From the NCBI RefSeq assembly GCF_004010195.1, contig NC_057720.1, positions 9,965,796-10,023,397 on the forward strand: 57,602 nt of DNA, read 5' to 3'. Made by a program: the position numbers and the translations under genes. Below the pieces are notes generated by a model that saw only the letters and a program-made list of their open reading frames with translations, had not been told where the DNA came from and did no database searches. The DNA comes from Chiloscyllium plagiosum (taxonomy: Eukaryota). This document shows, piece after piece, positions 1 through 11,879 of this stretch. Position 1 is the first letter of the stretch; each line of letters starts with the position of its first letter.

Positions 1-243
1 TCCGACCTATCACCCTCACCTTAACCTCCTTCCACCTATCGGATTTCCAACGCCCCTCCCCCAAGTCCCTCCTCCCTACCTTTTATCTTAGCCTGCTTGG
101 CACACCCTCCACATTCCTGAAGAAGGGCTCATGCCTGAAACGTCGATTCTCCTGCTCCTTGAATGCTGCCTGACATGCTGCGTTTTTCCAGCAAAACACG
201 TTTTCAGCTCTGATCTCCAGCATCTGCAGTCCTCACTTTCTCC
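1..243 (+). mobile_element. Penelope-like element 3' terminal repeat (pLTR) with hammerhead motif at 117-144
   Basis: Same sequence as the tails joined to GIY-YIG fragments at 2669-3290, 9588-10146 and 48945-49455. Confidence 0.8.
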
Positions 244-1717
244 TAGGAATCCTGTATCCCTGGCAATTGATTAGGAATCCTGTACCCCGACAATCGGCGA
301 GGAATTCTGTACCCCGACAATCAGTTAGGAATCCTGTACCCCTGACAATTGGTTAGGTATTCTGTACCCTGACAATCGGTTAGGAATCCTGTACCCCTGA
401 CAATCGGTTAGGAATCCTGTACCCCTGACAATCGATTAGGAATCCTGTATGCCGACAATCGGTGAGGAATCCTGTACCCCGTCAATTGGTGAGGAATCCT
501 GTGCCCCGACAATCAGTGAGGAATCCTGTACCCAGACAATCGGCTAGGAATCCTGTCCCCCTGACAATTGATTAGGAATCCTGTACCCCGACAATCGGTT
601 AGGAATCCTGTACCCCGACAATCAGTTAGAAATCCTGTACCGCGGACAATTGGTTAGGAATCCTGTATCCCTGGCAATTGATTAGGAATCCTGTACCCCG
701 ACAATCGGTCAGGAATTCTGTACTCCGACAATCAGTTAGGAATCCTGTACCCCTGACAATTGGTTAGGAATCCTGTATCCCTGGCAATTGGTTAGGAATC
801 CTGTACCCTGACAATTGGTTAAAAATCCTGTACCCTGAAAATCGGTTAGGAATCCTGAACCCCTGACAATCGGTTTGGAATCCTGAACCCCTGACAATCG
901 GTTTGGAATCCTGTACGCCGACAATCGTTGAGAAATCCTGTACCCCGTCAATCGGTGAGGAATCCTGTACCCCTGACAATCGGTTAGGAATCCTGTACCC
1001 AGAACAATCGGTGAGGAATCCTGTATCCCAGACAATCGGTGAGGAACCCTGAACCCAGCAATTGGTTAGGAATCCTGCACCCATGATAATCGGCTAGGAA
1101 TCCTGTACCCTGACAATGTGTGAGGAATCCTGCACTCCGACTATCGGATAGGAATTCCATACCCCTGCCAATAGATTAGGAATCCAGTAGCCCGACAATC
1201 CGTTAAGAATCCTGTCTCCTTGAAAAATGATTACAAATCCTGTACCTCTGACAATCAGTGAAGAATCCTGTACCCCAGACGATCAGTTAGGAATCCTGTA
1301 CACCTTGCAATCGGTTAGGAATCCTGTATCCCTGACAATTAGTTAAGAATCCTGTACCCCGATAATCGGTGAGGAATCCTGTACCCCTGAAAATCGGTAA
1401 GAATCCTGAAACCCTGACAATCGGTGAGGAATCCTGTACCGCAACAATCGGTGAGGAATCCTGTACCCCTGATAATCGGTTAGGAATCCTGTAGCATGAC
1501 AATCAGTGAGAAATCCTGTACCCCGGCAATCGGTGAGGAATCCTGTACCCCGACAATCGGTGAGGAATCCTGTACCCCCGATGATCGGTTAGGAATCCTG
1601 TATCACTGACAATCGGTTAGGAATCCTGTACCATGACAATCGGTGAGGAATCCTGTACACTGACAATCGGGTAGGAATCCTGTACACTGACAATTGGTGA
1701 GGAATTCTGTATCCCTG
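244..1717. repeat. Tandem satellite, 27-28 bp unit AGGAATCCTGTACCCC(T)GACAATCGGT(T/G), roughly 53 copies, running into an N gap
   Basis: Unit visible directly (starts at 382 and 410, for example); it explains the repetitive ORFs at 736-1502. Confidence 0.97.
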
Positions 1718-2217
1718 NNNNNNNNNNNNNNNNNNNNNNNNNNNNNNNNNNNNNNNNNNNNNNNNNNNNNNNNNNNNNNNNNNNNNNNNNNNNNNNNNNN
1801 NNNNNNNNNNNNNNNNNNNNNNNNNNNNNNNNNNNNNNNNNNNNNNNNNNNNNNNNNNNNNNNNNNNNNNNNNNNNNNNNNNNNNNNNNNNNNNNNNNNN
1901 NNNNNNNNNNNNNNNNNNNNNNNNNNNNNNNNNNNNNNNNNNNNNNNNNNNNNNNNNNNNNNNNNNNNNNNNNNNNNNNNNNNNNNNNNNNNNNNNNNNN
2001 NNNNNNNNNNNNNNNNNNNNNNNNNNNNNNNNNNNNNNNNNNNNNNNNNNNNNNNNNNNNNNNNNNNNNNNNNNNNNNNNNNNNNNNNNNNNNNNNNNNN
2101 NNNNNNNNNNNNNNNNNNNNNNNNNNNNNNNNNNNNNNNNNNNNNNNNNNNNNNNNNNNNNNNNNNNNNNNNNNNNNNNNNNNNNNNNNNNNNNNNNNNN
2201 NNNNNNNNNNNNNNNNN

Positions 2218-2460
2218 GATAACAAAGGTGTCATCCACATGGTTTGGGTTGGTGGTTGGCAGAGCTATTTGTTCGAGTCTCTGCATTCCTGTCTCTGTCA
2301 AGAACCCTCAGAGATCCACTGGGTGTTCTATTGGTTTGTCTGTAGGTTTTGTTGTTGAAGGTGAAGTGGGTGGTAAGGCAAAAGTCCACTTGCTTGATGA
2401 TACTGTCCTTGCTGATGAAGTTGATGGTGTCTGGTGAATGTGTCTTTGGGTCTTCTAATA
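2218..2460 (-). mobile_element. Degenerate Penelope-like reverse transcriptase fragment (a different family from the one at 56874)
   Basis: Frameshifted translation ..SIIKQVDFCLTTHFTFNNKTYRQTN.TP.GS..MQRLEQIALP..HVDDTFVI, i.e. RT motifs B and C. Confidence 0.8.
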
Positions 2461-2668
2461 GTATAATCAGGATTCCTACTGTGCTTTTCCAGGACCGCAC
2501 TCTCGACACACACAAACCCTGTAAACGTTCATGCACACACACATACAAGCCCTGTAAGTATTCACACACACTCACTCACACACCCTGTAAGTATTCACAC
2601 ACACACATACATGAACCCCGGAAAACATACACACACACACACACTCATAAATCCTGTAAATATTCACA

Positions 2669-3290
2669 GTCGAAAAGTGTGGTGCCGGAAAAGTGTGGTG
2701 CCAGATGGTCAGGCAGCATCCAAGGAGTAGGAGAATCAACGTTTCGGGCATAAGCCCTTCATCAGGAATGAGGCTTGTGGGCCGGGGGGCTGAGAGTTAA
2801 ATGGCAGTGGGTGGGGCTGGAGGGAAGTTAGCTAGGTGTACGATAGGTCGATGAAGGTGGGGGTGAAAGTGATAGGTCGGAGGGGAGGGTGGAGTGGAGA
2901 GGTGGGAAGAAAGATGGACAAGTAGGACAGGTGAAAGGGGTGTTGACAAGTTGGAAGATTGGGACTCGGATAAGGTGGGGATAGGGGAAATGAGGAAACT
3001 GGTAAAATTCACATTATCCTGTGTGGTTGGAGGGTCCCAAGGCGGAAGATGAGGGGTCCAGGTAGTTAGACTTGGCAGAGTAGGACGGGGAGTTAAAGTG
3101 TTCAGCCACGGGGCAGTAGGGTTGGTTAGTGCGGGTGTCCGAGAGATGTTCTCTAAAATGATCCGCAAGTTGGCATCCTGTATCCCTGATGTAGAGGAGA
3201 CCACTTTGGGTCCAACAGATAGAGTGGATAACGTGCGGAAGTACAGATAAATCTGTGTCGATGTGGAACGATAGTACGGGGCCTTGGACT
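2669..3290 (-). mobile_element. Penelope-like element 3' part: GIY-YIG endonuclease remnant plus pLTR
   Basis: GLLYIRDTGCQLADHFREHL...PVAEHFNSPS in ORF 3014..3403; hammerhead motif at 2738-2765. Confidence 0.8.
2738..2765 (-). ncRNA. Minimal hammerhead ribozyme motif (GUU triplet)
   Basis: CUGAUGA-A-GGGC UUAU GCCC-GAAA-CG-UU. Confidence 0.65.
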
Positions 3291-3834
3291 GTAAATATTC
3301 CCACGCATAAATTTGGTAAATGTTCACAAACACCACACCACCCCACCTCATAAATATTCCAACATTCCACCTCTCCAGTAAATATTAAAAGCAAAATTAC
3401 CATTGTCTCTTTCTGTCATTAGAGAGGAACAGCAGATGGTTGTTTAACCTGAAGGTCACCACACCTCAGGCAAGAGGTGAGGTCAGGAAGATAGAAATTC
3501 CATGGTGACCTCAGTAGGAATTGAACCAACACTATTGGTGTCACTCAGTATACAAACCAGCTCTCTAGCCAACTGAGCGAATGTACGTCACACACGCTCT
3601 AAATACTAACACAAAACAGGTTTCAATTTTCATTTTCAGGTCCTGACCTGGTAGATTTTCTGGTAGAAATCCCATCACCCAAACCTGGCCTTTAGAAATG
3701 GCAATCCATGTTTGTGATTTTCTTTCCTGCAGTTTGGACTGGATTAGGAATGGGAGCTGGCACTCGAGGGAGATTCTGAGAAGACTGATGGCTCCTGAGC
3801 CAGGCTGCATTGATAGCTTGCCTGTGGTCTCCTG

Positions 3835-3965
3835 GGTGGAGAAAGTGAGGACTGCAGATGCTGGAGATCAGAGCTGAAAATGTGTTGCTGGAAAAGCGCA
3901 GCAGGTCAGGCAGCATCCAAGGAACAGGAGAATCGACGTTTCGGGCATAAGCCCTTCTTCAGGAA
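3835..3965 (-). mobile_element. Short pLTR insertion with 11-bp target-site duplication GTGGTCTCCTG
   Basis: Direct repeats at 3824-3834 and 3966-3976. Confidence 0.85.
3935..3962 (-). ncRNA. Minimal type I hammerhead ribozyme motif, consensus-intact
   Basis: Minus strand CUGAAGA-A-GGGC UUAU GCCC-GAAA-CG-UC: all core nucleotides, 4-bp stem II, ACGU palindrome, GUC triplet. Confidence 0.75.
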
Positions 3966-4744
3966 GTGGTCTCCTGCAAGTGTTTGCAGAATTTCAATGT
4001 AAAAATTGAACCTGGAAGCATCACTGTGCTCTCTCCCATTGTCCCAGCCTCACCAATGTATGGACCTGCACCTACTAGGATAAGGAGGGCAGTTTCTTTC
4101 CCTGAAGGACATTAGTAAACCACCTGGGTTTCTCCTGACAATTGGTTCATGGCCATTATTAGACTCTTAATTCCAAAATTTTGTTTCATTGAGTTCAAAT
4201 TCTATCATCTGCCATAGCAGAATTGGAACACAGGTCCCCAGAATATTACCTGGGTCTTTGGATTAACAATCCAGTGACGGTACCACTTGCCTCCCTCAGC
4301 AGCTATGGACCAAAAAGGCAAGCTAAAAGATAAACCCTCCTTGATATTCAGTGAGCTGACCCCCAAGGACTGACCTTGGCTGACCCCCTGATCGGCCCTG
4401 ACTGATGGGTGACAGTGGGCCCTCTGACTGAATTCAGTACACTTTCCCGGCTGACCTCCAGCCACTTTGTAGACCGGTTGAGTGGAACTGCTGGATTGAC
4501 CGTGGCCTATTCTCTGGACTGTAATGATACAGAGACCCACCCCTTCGTCCCCAAATCCCAAAACCTCCACTTGACTCTGACCACCCTCAAGTGGACGATT
4601 GACTATGCCCCAGTCCTTGGACGTTGGAAGCATACTGTGCCAAGACCCATGACTCTTAATTCCATGTCAGAGTATTGTGGATTCTTGATTCACTTGAGAA
4701 ACATCATCATGTAACCCAGGCTAGCAGTACTGCGAGTCAGAGTT

Positions 4745-5175
4745 CTGATCTCTGGTTAAGTTTGGAGGAGGGGGCAAGATCTGATAGAAAGCTATACAAT
4801 TCTAATAGGACCAGACAGGATCAATGTAGGAAGGATCATCCCAATGACCGGGAAGTCCAGACCCAAGGGATCACAGTCTAAGGATATGGGGTGGGGCGGG
4901 GCGGGAGGGTGGCCTTTAGGGCTGAGATGAGGAGACTTGTCTTCACCCAGAGAGCGGTGATGCTGTGGAATTCACTATCACAGAAAGTGGTTGACGCCAA
5001 AACATTGAATGTTTTCAAGAATGAGTTAGGTATAGTTCTACCGGCTAAAGGTGTCAATGGATATGGAAGCAAAGCAGGGACAGGGTACTGAATCGGATGA
5101 ATAGCCATGATTTTTTGAACACCAGAGCAGACTTGAAGGGCCAAATGGCCGGCTCCTGCTCCTACGTTCAATGTT
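4745..5175 (+). mobile_element. CR1-clade LINE 3' fragment
   Basis: FRAEMRRLVFTQRAVMLWNSL...FKNEL C-terminal ORF2 motif followed by a CR1-type tail. Confidence 0.8.
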
Positions 5176-5459
5176 TAAGGCTTAGTCTGTCCTTTCAGGT
5201 GGACCCATAACATCCCATGGGAGTAACTTGAAGAATTCTCCCCAGCATCCTGATCAATGGAAAAATCAAGGTTCATGACACATTTCCAACTTCACAACAA
5301 TGAGTAAACTTCAAAAAAGTTAATTATTTTTATTCACTGCTGGGACATGGGCGTCGTTGGCTGGTCCATTGTTTATTGCCCATGCCTCGTTGCCCTTGAG
5401 AGTGTGGTGTTGAGGTCTTTTACTGAACTGCTCCAATTCATGTCCTGGGTGTCCTTGTG

Positions 5460-6025
5460 CATGGAATTTTGTCCTTCATTGCTAAAGGGGTTCAGGTTAA
5501 AAGTAGTGAGGTAATGTTACAGCTGCACAAGGTATTGGTGAGGCCACACCTGAAGTACTGTGTCCAGTTTTGGTCTCCTTAATGGAGAAAGGATGTACTA
5601 GTAGTGGAGGGAGTGCAGGGGAGGTTCATTAGGTCGATTCTGAAGTTGAGGAGGTTAGCGTATGAAGAGAGATTGAGTAAACTGTGATTATATTCATTGA
5701 AATTTAGAAGAATGGGGGTGATCTTATAGAAACATATAAAATTATGAGGGAATAGATAGGATAGAAATAGATAGGATGCTTCCACAGGCAGGTGAAACGA
5801 GGACAAGAGGGTATGGCCTCAAAATGAGATTTAAGACAGGATTGAGAAAGAATTTCTTTACCCAGTGGGTTGTGAATCTATGGAATTCCCTGCCCAGTGA
5901 TGTAGTTGACGCTACTTCAGCAAAGATTTTTAAAGTGAAGACAGATTTTTTTTTGAATTAAGGGCTATGGTGAGAGCACGGGCAAGAGGAGCTGACTCCA
6001 TGAAAAGATCAGCCATGATCTTATT
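5460..6025 (+). mobile_element. CR1-clade LINE 3' fragment
   Basis: LVRPHL.YCVQFWSP and RKNFFTQWVVNLWNSLP motifs. Confidence 0.8.
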
Positions 6026-6139
6026 GAATGGGAGAGCAGGCTCAAAGGGCCAAATGGCCTCCTCTTGCTCCTAGTTCTTATGTGCTGTAGGTAGACCCAC
6101 AATGTTGTTAGGAAAGGCGTTCCAGGATTTGACCCAACA

Positions 6140-6915
6140 TAGAATCATAGAGTCAGAGAGATGTACAGCATGGAAACAGACCCTTCTGTCTGACCCGTCC
6201 ATGCCGACCAGATATCCCAACCCAATCTAGTCCCATCTGCCAACACCTGACCCATATCCCTCCAAACCCTTCCTACTCATATACCCATCCAGATGCCTTT
6301 TAAATGTTGCGTTTGTACCAGCCTCCACCACTTCCTCTGGCAGCTCATTCCATACATGTACCACCCTCTGCATGAAAAAGTTGCCCCTTAGGTCTTTTTT
6401 ATATCTTTCCCCTCTCACCCTAAACATATGCCCTCTAGTTCTGGACTCCCAACCCCAGGGAAAAGACTTTGTCTATTTATCCTATCCAAGCCCTTCATGA
6501 TTTTATAAACCTCTATAAGGTCACTCCTCAGCCTCTGACGCTCCAGGGAAAACAGCAGTGGCCTGTTCAGCCTCTCCCTATAGCTCAAATCCTCCAACCC
6601 TGGCAACATCCTTGTAAATCTTTTCTGAACCCTTTCAGGTTTCACAACATCTTTCCGATAGGAAGGAGACCAGAATTGCACGCAATATTCCAATACTGGC
6701 CTAACCAATGTCCTGTACAGCCGCAACATAACCTCCCAACTCCTGTACTCAATACTCTGACCAATAAAGGAAAGCATACCAAACACCTTCTTCACTATCC
6801 TATCTACCTGTGACTCCACTTTCAAGGAGCTATGAACCTGCACTCCAAGGTCTCTTTGTTCAGCAGCACTCTCTAAAACCTTGCCACTAAGCGTATAAGT
6901 CCTGCTAAGATTTGC
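6140..6915 (-). mobile_element. CR1 (HER1-like) LINE 3' fragment
   Basis: ORFs 6415..6843 and 6227..6427: LYRTLVRPVLEYCVQFWSP...VVHVWNELP; tail ...tgactctatgattct. Confidence 0.9.
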
Positions 6916-7074
6916 TTACACCATGGAAACAGACCCTTTGGTCTAACCTGTCTTTGCCAACCAGATATCCAAAATTAACCTAGTCTGATTTGCTAGCATT
7001 TGGCCCTTATCCCGCTAAACCCTTCCTATTCACAAACCTATCCAGGTGCTTTTTAAATGTTATAATTGCACCTA

Positions 7075-7400
7075 GGTACAGTGAAAAGTTCTGTTTTGCA
7101 TGCAGACAAAACAGAAAGGTCACACCAATGCTTTAGGATAATAGACCAGAGCGAGGAATATAATATTATGGCTGCAGAGAAGGTGCACAAAGAGTGAGGT
7201 CAACATTAAATTTAAAAGTTGAGCCCTCCATTCGGAAATCTAATAACTGCGGGGAAGAAGCCGTTGTTGAAGCTGTTGGTATCTGTGTTTAAGCTTTTAT
7301 ATTTTCTGCCCAATGGAAGAGGTTGGAAGAGATTATAATCGGGGTGGGAGGGGTCTTTGATGATGTTAGCTGTCTTTCTGAGGCAGTGAGAAGTGCAGAT
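7075..7400 (-). mobile_element. Rex1/Babar-like LINE 3' fragment (a related copy lies at about 8070-8550)
   Basis: NIIKDPSHP..LFQPLP.GR.Y.SL...NSF..FFPAVIR; second copy LPSGRRYRSLNTQTNRLKNSFF. Confidence 0.7.
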
Positions 7401-8554
7401 GGAGTATAATATCGATGGTGTTCCCAGTGTCCTCAAGTCATTCTCTACTTTTATTAATGATAAACCCTCCCCTCTCCCTTACTCTTCCATCTCATGGGTT
7501 GCCTTAATAATCTCTGCCTCCTGAATTGTTCATCCTTTTGAATGATAGCTCGCATCCTGCACTAATCCTCAGGCAATCACCAGCCTGACTTAAAGACATC
7601 AATGAGTCCTTATTATCACAAGACCAATATCCTCGGGTTCCATACCTATTGTAACTTTGCTGGCAGATTCATACACAGAAATCCACTGGTTTAAGGAGAT
7701 GTCTCATGAACACCTAAAGGCACATGACCCTGCCTGCATTCCCCACACACCCCAGGAACAAAGATCTTTTCAAAATCATCCCCAAACTTCATCAACCACG
7801 TTCAGGCATCATCAGCAAAAGACACACTTGTGTCAGCAATGATGCAATGTTCTTGCAAAATCAAAATGAGGGGAGTTCCAATTGAATATAATGATGAATT
7901 TCCCAATGGAAAATCTCCCCAGCCTCCCGAATGGCTGACAGATACAGGAACTGGTACATAACAGGCAAAATTCACGGCAATTAAATTTCTGCCTAATTTA
8001 GTTTCCCAGTGCATACAAAAGCTAAGAAAGATTTGCATTCATTTAGCATTTTTCCTGTCTGACAATTTGACTGGTTGATTGATTGGATTTCTTGTCACGT
8101 GTACCTAACTCCAGTGCAAAGCTTTGTTTGCGAGCAGTACAGGCAGGTCATAATAAGCAAGGACATACAGATCATAGGGTGAACAATACTTGGCCAGAGT
8201 GAGGCATACACGTTACACTGCACAGGACGTGTATGAGGCAAGATCTACATGAACAAGTTCAACATTGTTTCGAGTTAGAGAGGTTAATTCATCAGTCTAA
8301 TAACAGCAGGAAGAAGCTGTTCTTCAACCTGTTGGTCTGCGTGTTTAAACTTCTGTATCTTCTGCCTGATGGGAGAGGTTGGAGGTGTTTTGCTGATGAT
8401 GGCAGCCATTCACTGGCAATGAGAAACACACATAGATGGGAAGGTGGCTTCTGTAATATTTGGGCTGTGCACACAATCTTCTGTAGCTTCTTAAGGTTCT
8501 GGGCAGAGCAGTTGCTATTCCAGGCTGTTATACACCCGGACAGTACGGTATTCC

Positions 8555-11150
8555 ATGAGATCCAATCTTGCTAACCAGTGTCGCAGAATGCCTTACTGAA
8601 GTCCACATAGATCACATCTACCTCTCTGTCCTCATTAATCCTCTTTGTTACTTCTTCAAAAAAATCAATAAATTTCATGAGAAGTGATTTCCCATACACA
8701 AAGCCATGTTGATTATCCATAATCAGTCCCTGCCTTGACATACATATATATCCTATCCCTCAGGATTCCCTCCAACAACTTGCCCACCAACAATATCAGG
8801 CTCACTGGTCTATAGTTCCCTGGTTTTCCTTACCACCTTTCTTAAATCGTGGCACCACTTTAGATAACTTTCAGTCTTCCGGCACCTCACTGTGAATATT
8901 AATGACTCATATATCTCAGCAAGGGGCCCAACAATCACTTCCCTACCTTCCCATAGAGTTTGAGGGTACACCTGATCAGGTCCTTGGGATTTATCCACCT
9001 TTAATCATTTCAAGACATCCAGCACTTCCTCCTCTGTAATATGGACATTTTTCAAGATGTCACTATCTATTTCCCCACATTCTATACCTCCCATGTCCTT
9101 CTTCACAGTAAACACCGATGCAAATTACTCGTTTAATATCTCCCCCATCTCCTGCTGCTGCACACAAAGACCGCCTTGCTCATCTTTGAGGGGCCCTATT
9201 CTCTCCCCAGTTACCCTTTTGTCGTTAATGTATTTATAAAATCCCTAAGGATTCTCCTTAAGCCTATTTGCCAAAGCTATCTGATGTCCCCTTTTTGCCT
9301 TCCTGATTTCCCTGTAAGTATACTCCTACTGCCTTTATACTCTTCTTCTAAGGATTCACTCGATCTATCCTGTCTATCCACTGACATATGCTTCCTCCTT
9401 TTTCTTAACTAAACCCTCAATTTCTTTTGTCATCCAGCATTCCATATACCTACCAGCCTTTCCGTTCATCCTAACAGGAATATAGTTTCTCTGGATTCTT
9501 GTTATCTCATTTCTGAAGGCTTCCCATTTTCCAGCCATCCCGTTATCTGCGAACATCTGCCTCCAATCAGCTTTTGAAAGTTCTTGCTGGAAAAGCGCAG
9601 CAGGTCAGGCAGCATCCAAGAAACAGGAGAATCGATGTTTCGGGCATAAGCCCTTCTTCAGGAATGAGGAAAGTGTGTCCAGCAGGCTAAGATAAAAGGT
9701 AGGGAGGAGGGACTTGGGGGAGGGGCGTTGGAAATGCGATAGGTGGAAGACAGGCCGCCTACTTGCGGAATGTTTCAGAGAACACCTCTGGGACACCCGG
9801 ACCAACCANNNNNNNNNNNNNNNNNNNNNNNNNNNNNNNNNNNNNNNNNNNNNNNNNNNNNNNNNNNNNNNNNNNNNNNNNNNNNNNNNNNNNNNNNNNN
9901 NNNNNNNNNNNNNNNNNNNNNNNNNNNNNNNNNCTCCACCTATCGCAATTCCAACGCCCCTCCCCCAAGTCCCTCCTCCCTACCTTTTATCTTAGCCTGC
10001 TGGACACACTTTCCTCAGTCCTGAAGAAGGGCTTATGCACGAAACGTCGATTCTCCTGTTCCTTGGATGCTGCCTGACCTGCTGCGCTTTTCCAGCAATG
10101 CATTTTCAGCTCTGATCTCCAGCATCTGCAGTCCTCACTTTCTCCTTTTTGAAAGTTCTTGCCTAATACCGTCAAAATTAGCTTTCCTCCAATTTAGAAC
10201 TTCAACTTTTAGATCTGGTCTATCCTTTTCTGTCACTATTTTAAAACTAATAGAATTATGGTTGCTGGCGCCAAAGTGCTCCCCCACTAACACCTCAGTC
10301 ACCTGCCCTGCCTTATTTCCCAAGAATAGATCAAGTTTTGCACCTTCTCTAGTGGTTCATCCACATACAGAATCAAAACATTTTCTTGTACATGCTTAAC
10401 AAATTCCTCTCCATTTAAACCCTTAACATTGTGGCAGTCTCAGTCTATGTTTGGAAAGTTAAAATCCCCTACCATAACCACCTTATTATTTTTACAGATA
10501 GCTGAGATCTCCTTACAAGTTTGTTTCTCAATTTCCCTCAGACTATTTGGGGGTCAATAATACCATCCCAATAAGGTGATCATCCCTTTCTTATTTCTCA
10601 GTTCCACCCAAATAACTTCCCTGGATGTATTTCTGGGAATATTCTCCCTCAGCACAGCTGTAATGCTATCCCTTATCAAAAATGCCACTCCCCCTCCTCT
10701 TTTGCCTCCCTTTCTATCCTTCCTGTAGCATTTGTATCCTGGAACATTAAGCTGTCAGTCCTGTCCATCCCTGAGCCATGTTTCTGTAATTGCTATGATA
10801 TCCTAGTCCCATGTTCTTAACCATGTCTTAAGTTCATCTGCCTTCCCTGTTAGGCCCCTTGCATTGAAGTAAATGCAGTTTAATTTATCAGTCCTACCTT
10901 GTTCTCTGCTTCGTCCCTGCTTGTCCTGACTGTTTCACTTGCTCTTTTTTCCAACGCTACCAGTCTCAGATTGATCTCTTTCCTCACTACCTCCTTGTGT
11001 CCCACCCCTAACCTTACTAGTTTAAATTCTCCTAAGCAGCTCTAGCAAATCTCCCTGCCAGTACCTTAGTCCCCTTCCAATTCAGGTGCAATTCATCCTT
11101 CTTGTTCAGGTCACCTCCACCCCAGAAGAGATTGCAATGGTCAAAAAATG
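8555..11150 (-). mobile_element. CR1 LINE ORF2 (endonuclease to RT start), degenerate, interrupted by a Penelope insertion
   Basis: ORF fragments VGEHFGASNHNSISF, KWEAFRNEI, DKSQGPDQVYP. Confidence 0.85.
9588..10146. mobile_element. Penelope-like insertion with inverted pLTRs and 16-bp TSD TTTTGAAAGTTCTTGC
   Basis: Direct repeats at 9572-9587 and 10147-10162; arms 9588-9745 (-) and 9934-10145 (+); GIY-YIG piece TGRLLAECFREHL between them. Confidence 0.85.
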
Positions 11151-11665
11151 TGACCACTGGATTTTAAAAGAATGAAAGTGGATCTAATTGAAACATAAAA
11201 TTCGAATTGGTGTGGACAGATTAGAAGGGTGTTTATTTAGTTGGGGAAAGTCTAGAATTAGGGATCACAATCTCATAATACATGGTAGGTCACTTTGGAC
11301 TGAGTCATGAAGTCATAGAGTCATACAGCACAGAAACAGACCCATCGGTCCAACCATACCATGTTAAACATAATCCCAAACTAAACTAGTCCCGTCTGCC
11401 TGTTCCTTGTCCATATCCCTCCAAACATTTCCCATTCTTGTACTTATCTAAATGTCTTTAAATCATTGTAATAATATCCACATCCACCACTTACTCAGGA
11501 TGTGGATTCCACACGTGAACCTCCCTCTGTGTAAACGATTTGCCCCAAATGTCTTTTCTAAATCTCTCTTCTCTCACTTTAACAATGTGCTGCCTTGTCA
11601 TTCGAGGGACAAGACACTTTCCGTTAACCTTGTCTATGCCCCTCATGATTTTATAAACCTCTAGA

Positions 11666-11879
11666 CAGTTAGTTCTTCTATAACATGATGGTTGTATTCT
11701 TGCATCCTTATAAAGAAAAATCACATTTTAAAAACAGCATTTAAAGTGTTAATGATGCAACCGTGTTACAGTCAAGACACGTTTTGAAAGTTCGTGCTTT
11801 AGAAAAAGCGTCTCCAATTCGACAATTGCGTTATAGCGAATTCGTGTTAATGAAACACGCATTGGAACAGAATGATTTG
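11666..11879. mobile_element. Tc1/mariner-pogo-type MITE inside a CR1 fragment; same family as 46095-46300, opposite orientation
   Basis: Degenerate TIR CAGTTAGTTCTTCTATAAC, TA at the right end, colinear similarity to 46095-46300. Confidence 0.65.

Noticed and set aside
244..1717. CRISPR-like array or repetitive ORFs (736..1035, 764..1084, 1287..1502)
   Set aside because: The units are contiguous with no unique spacers, there are no cas genes and the context is eukaryotic. The ORFs are translations of the satellite.
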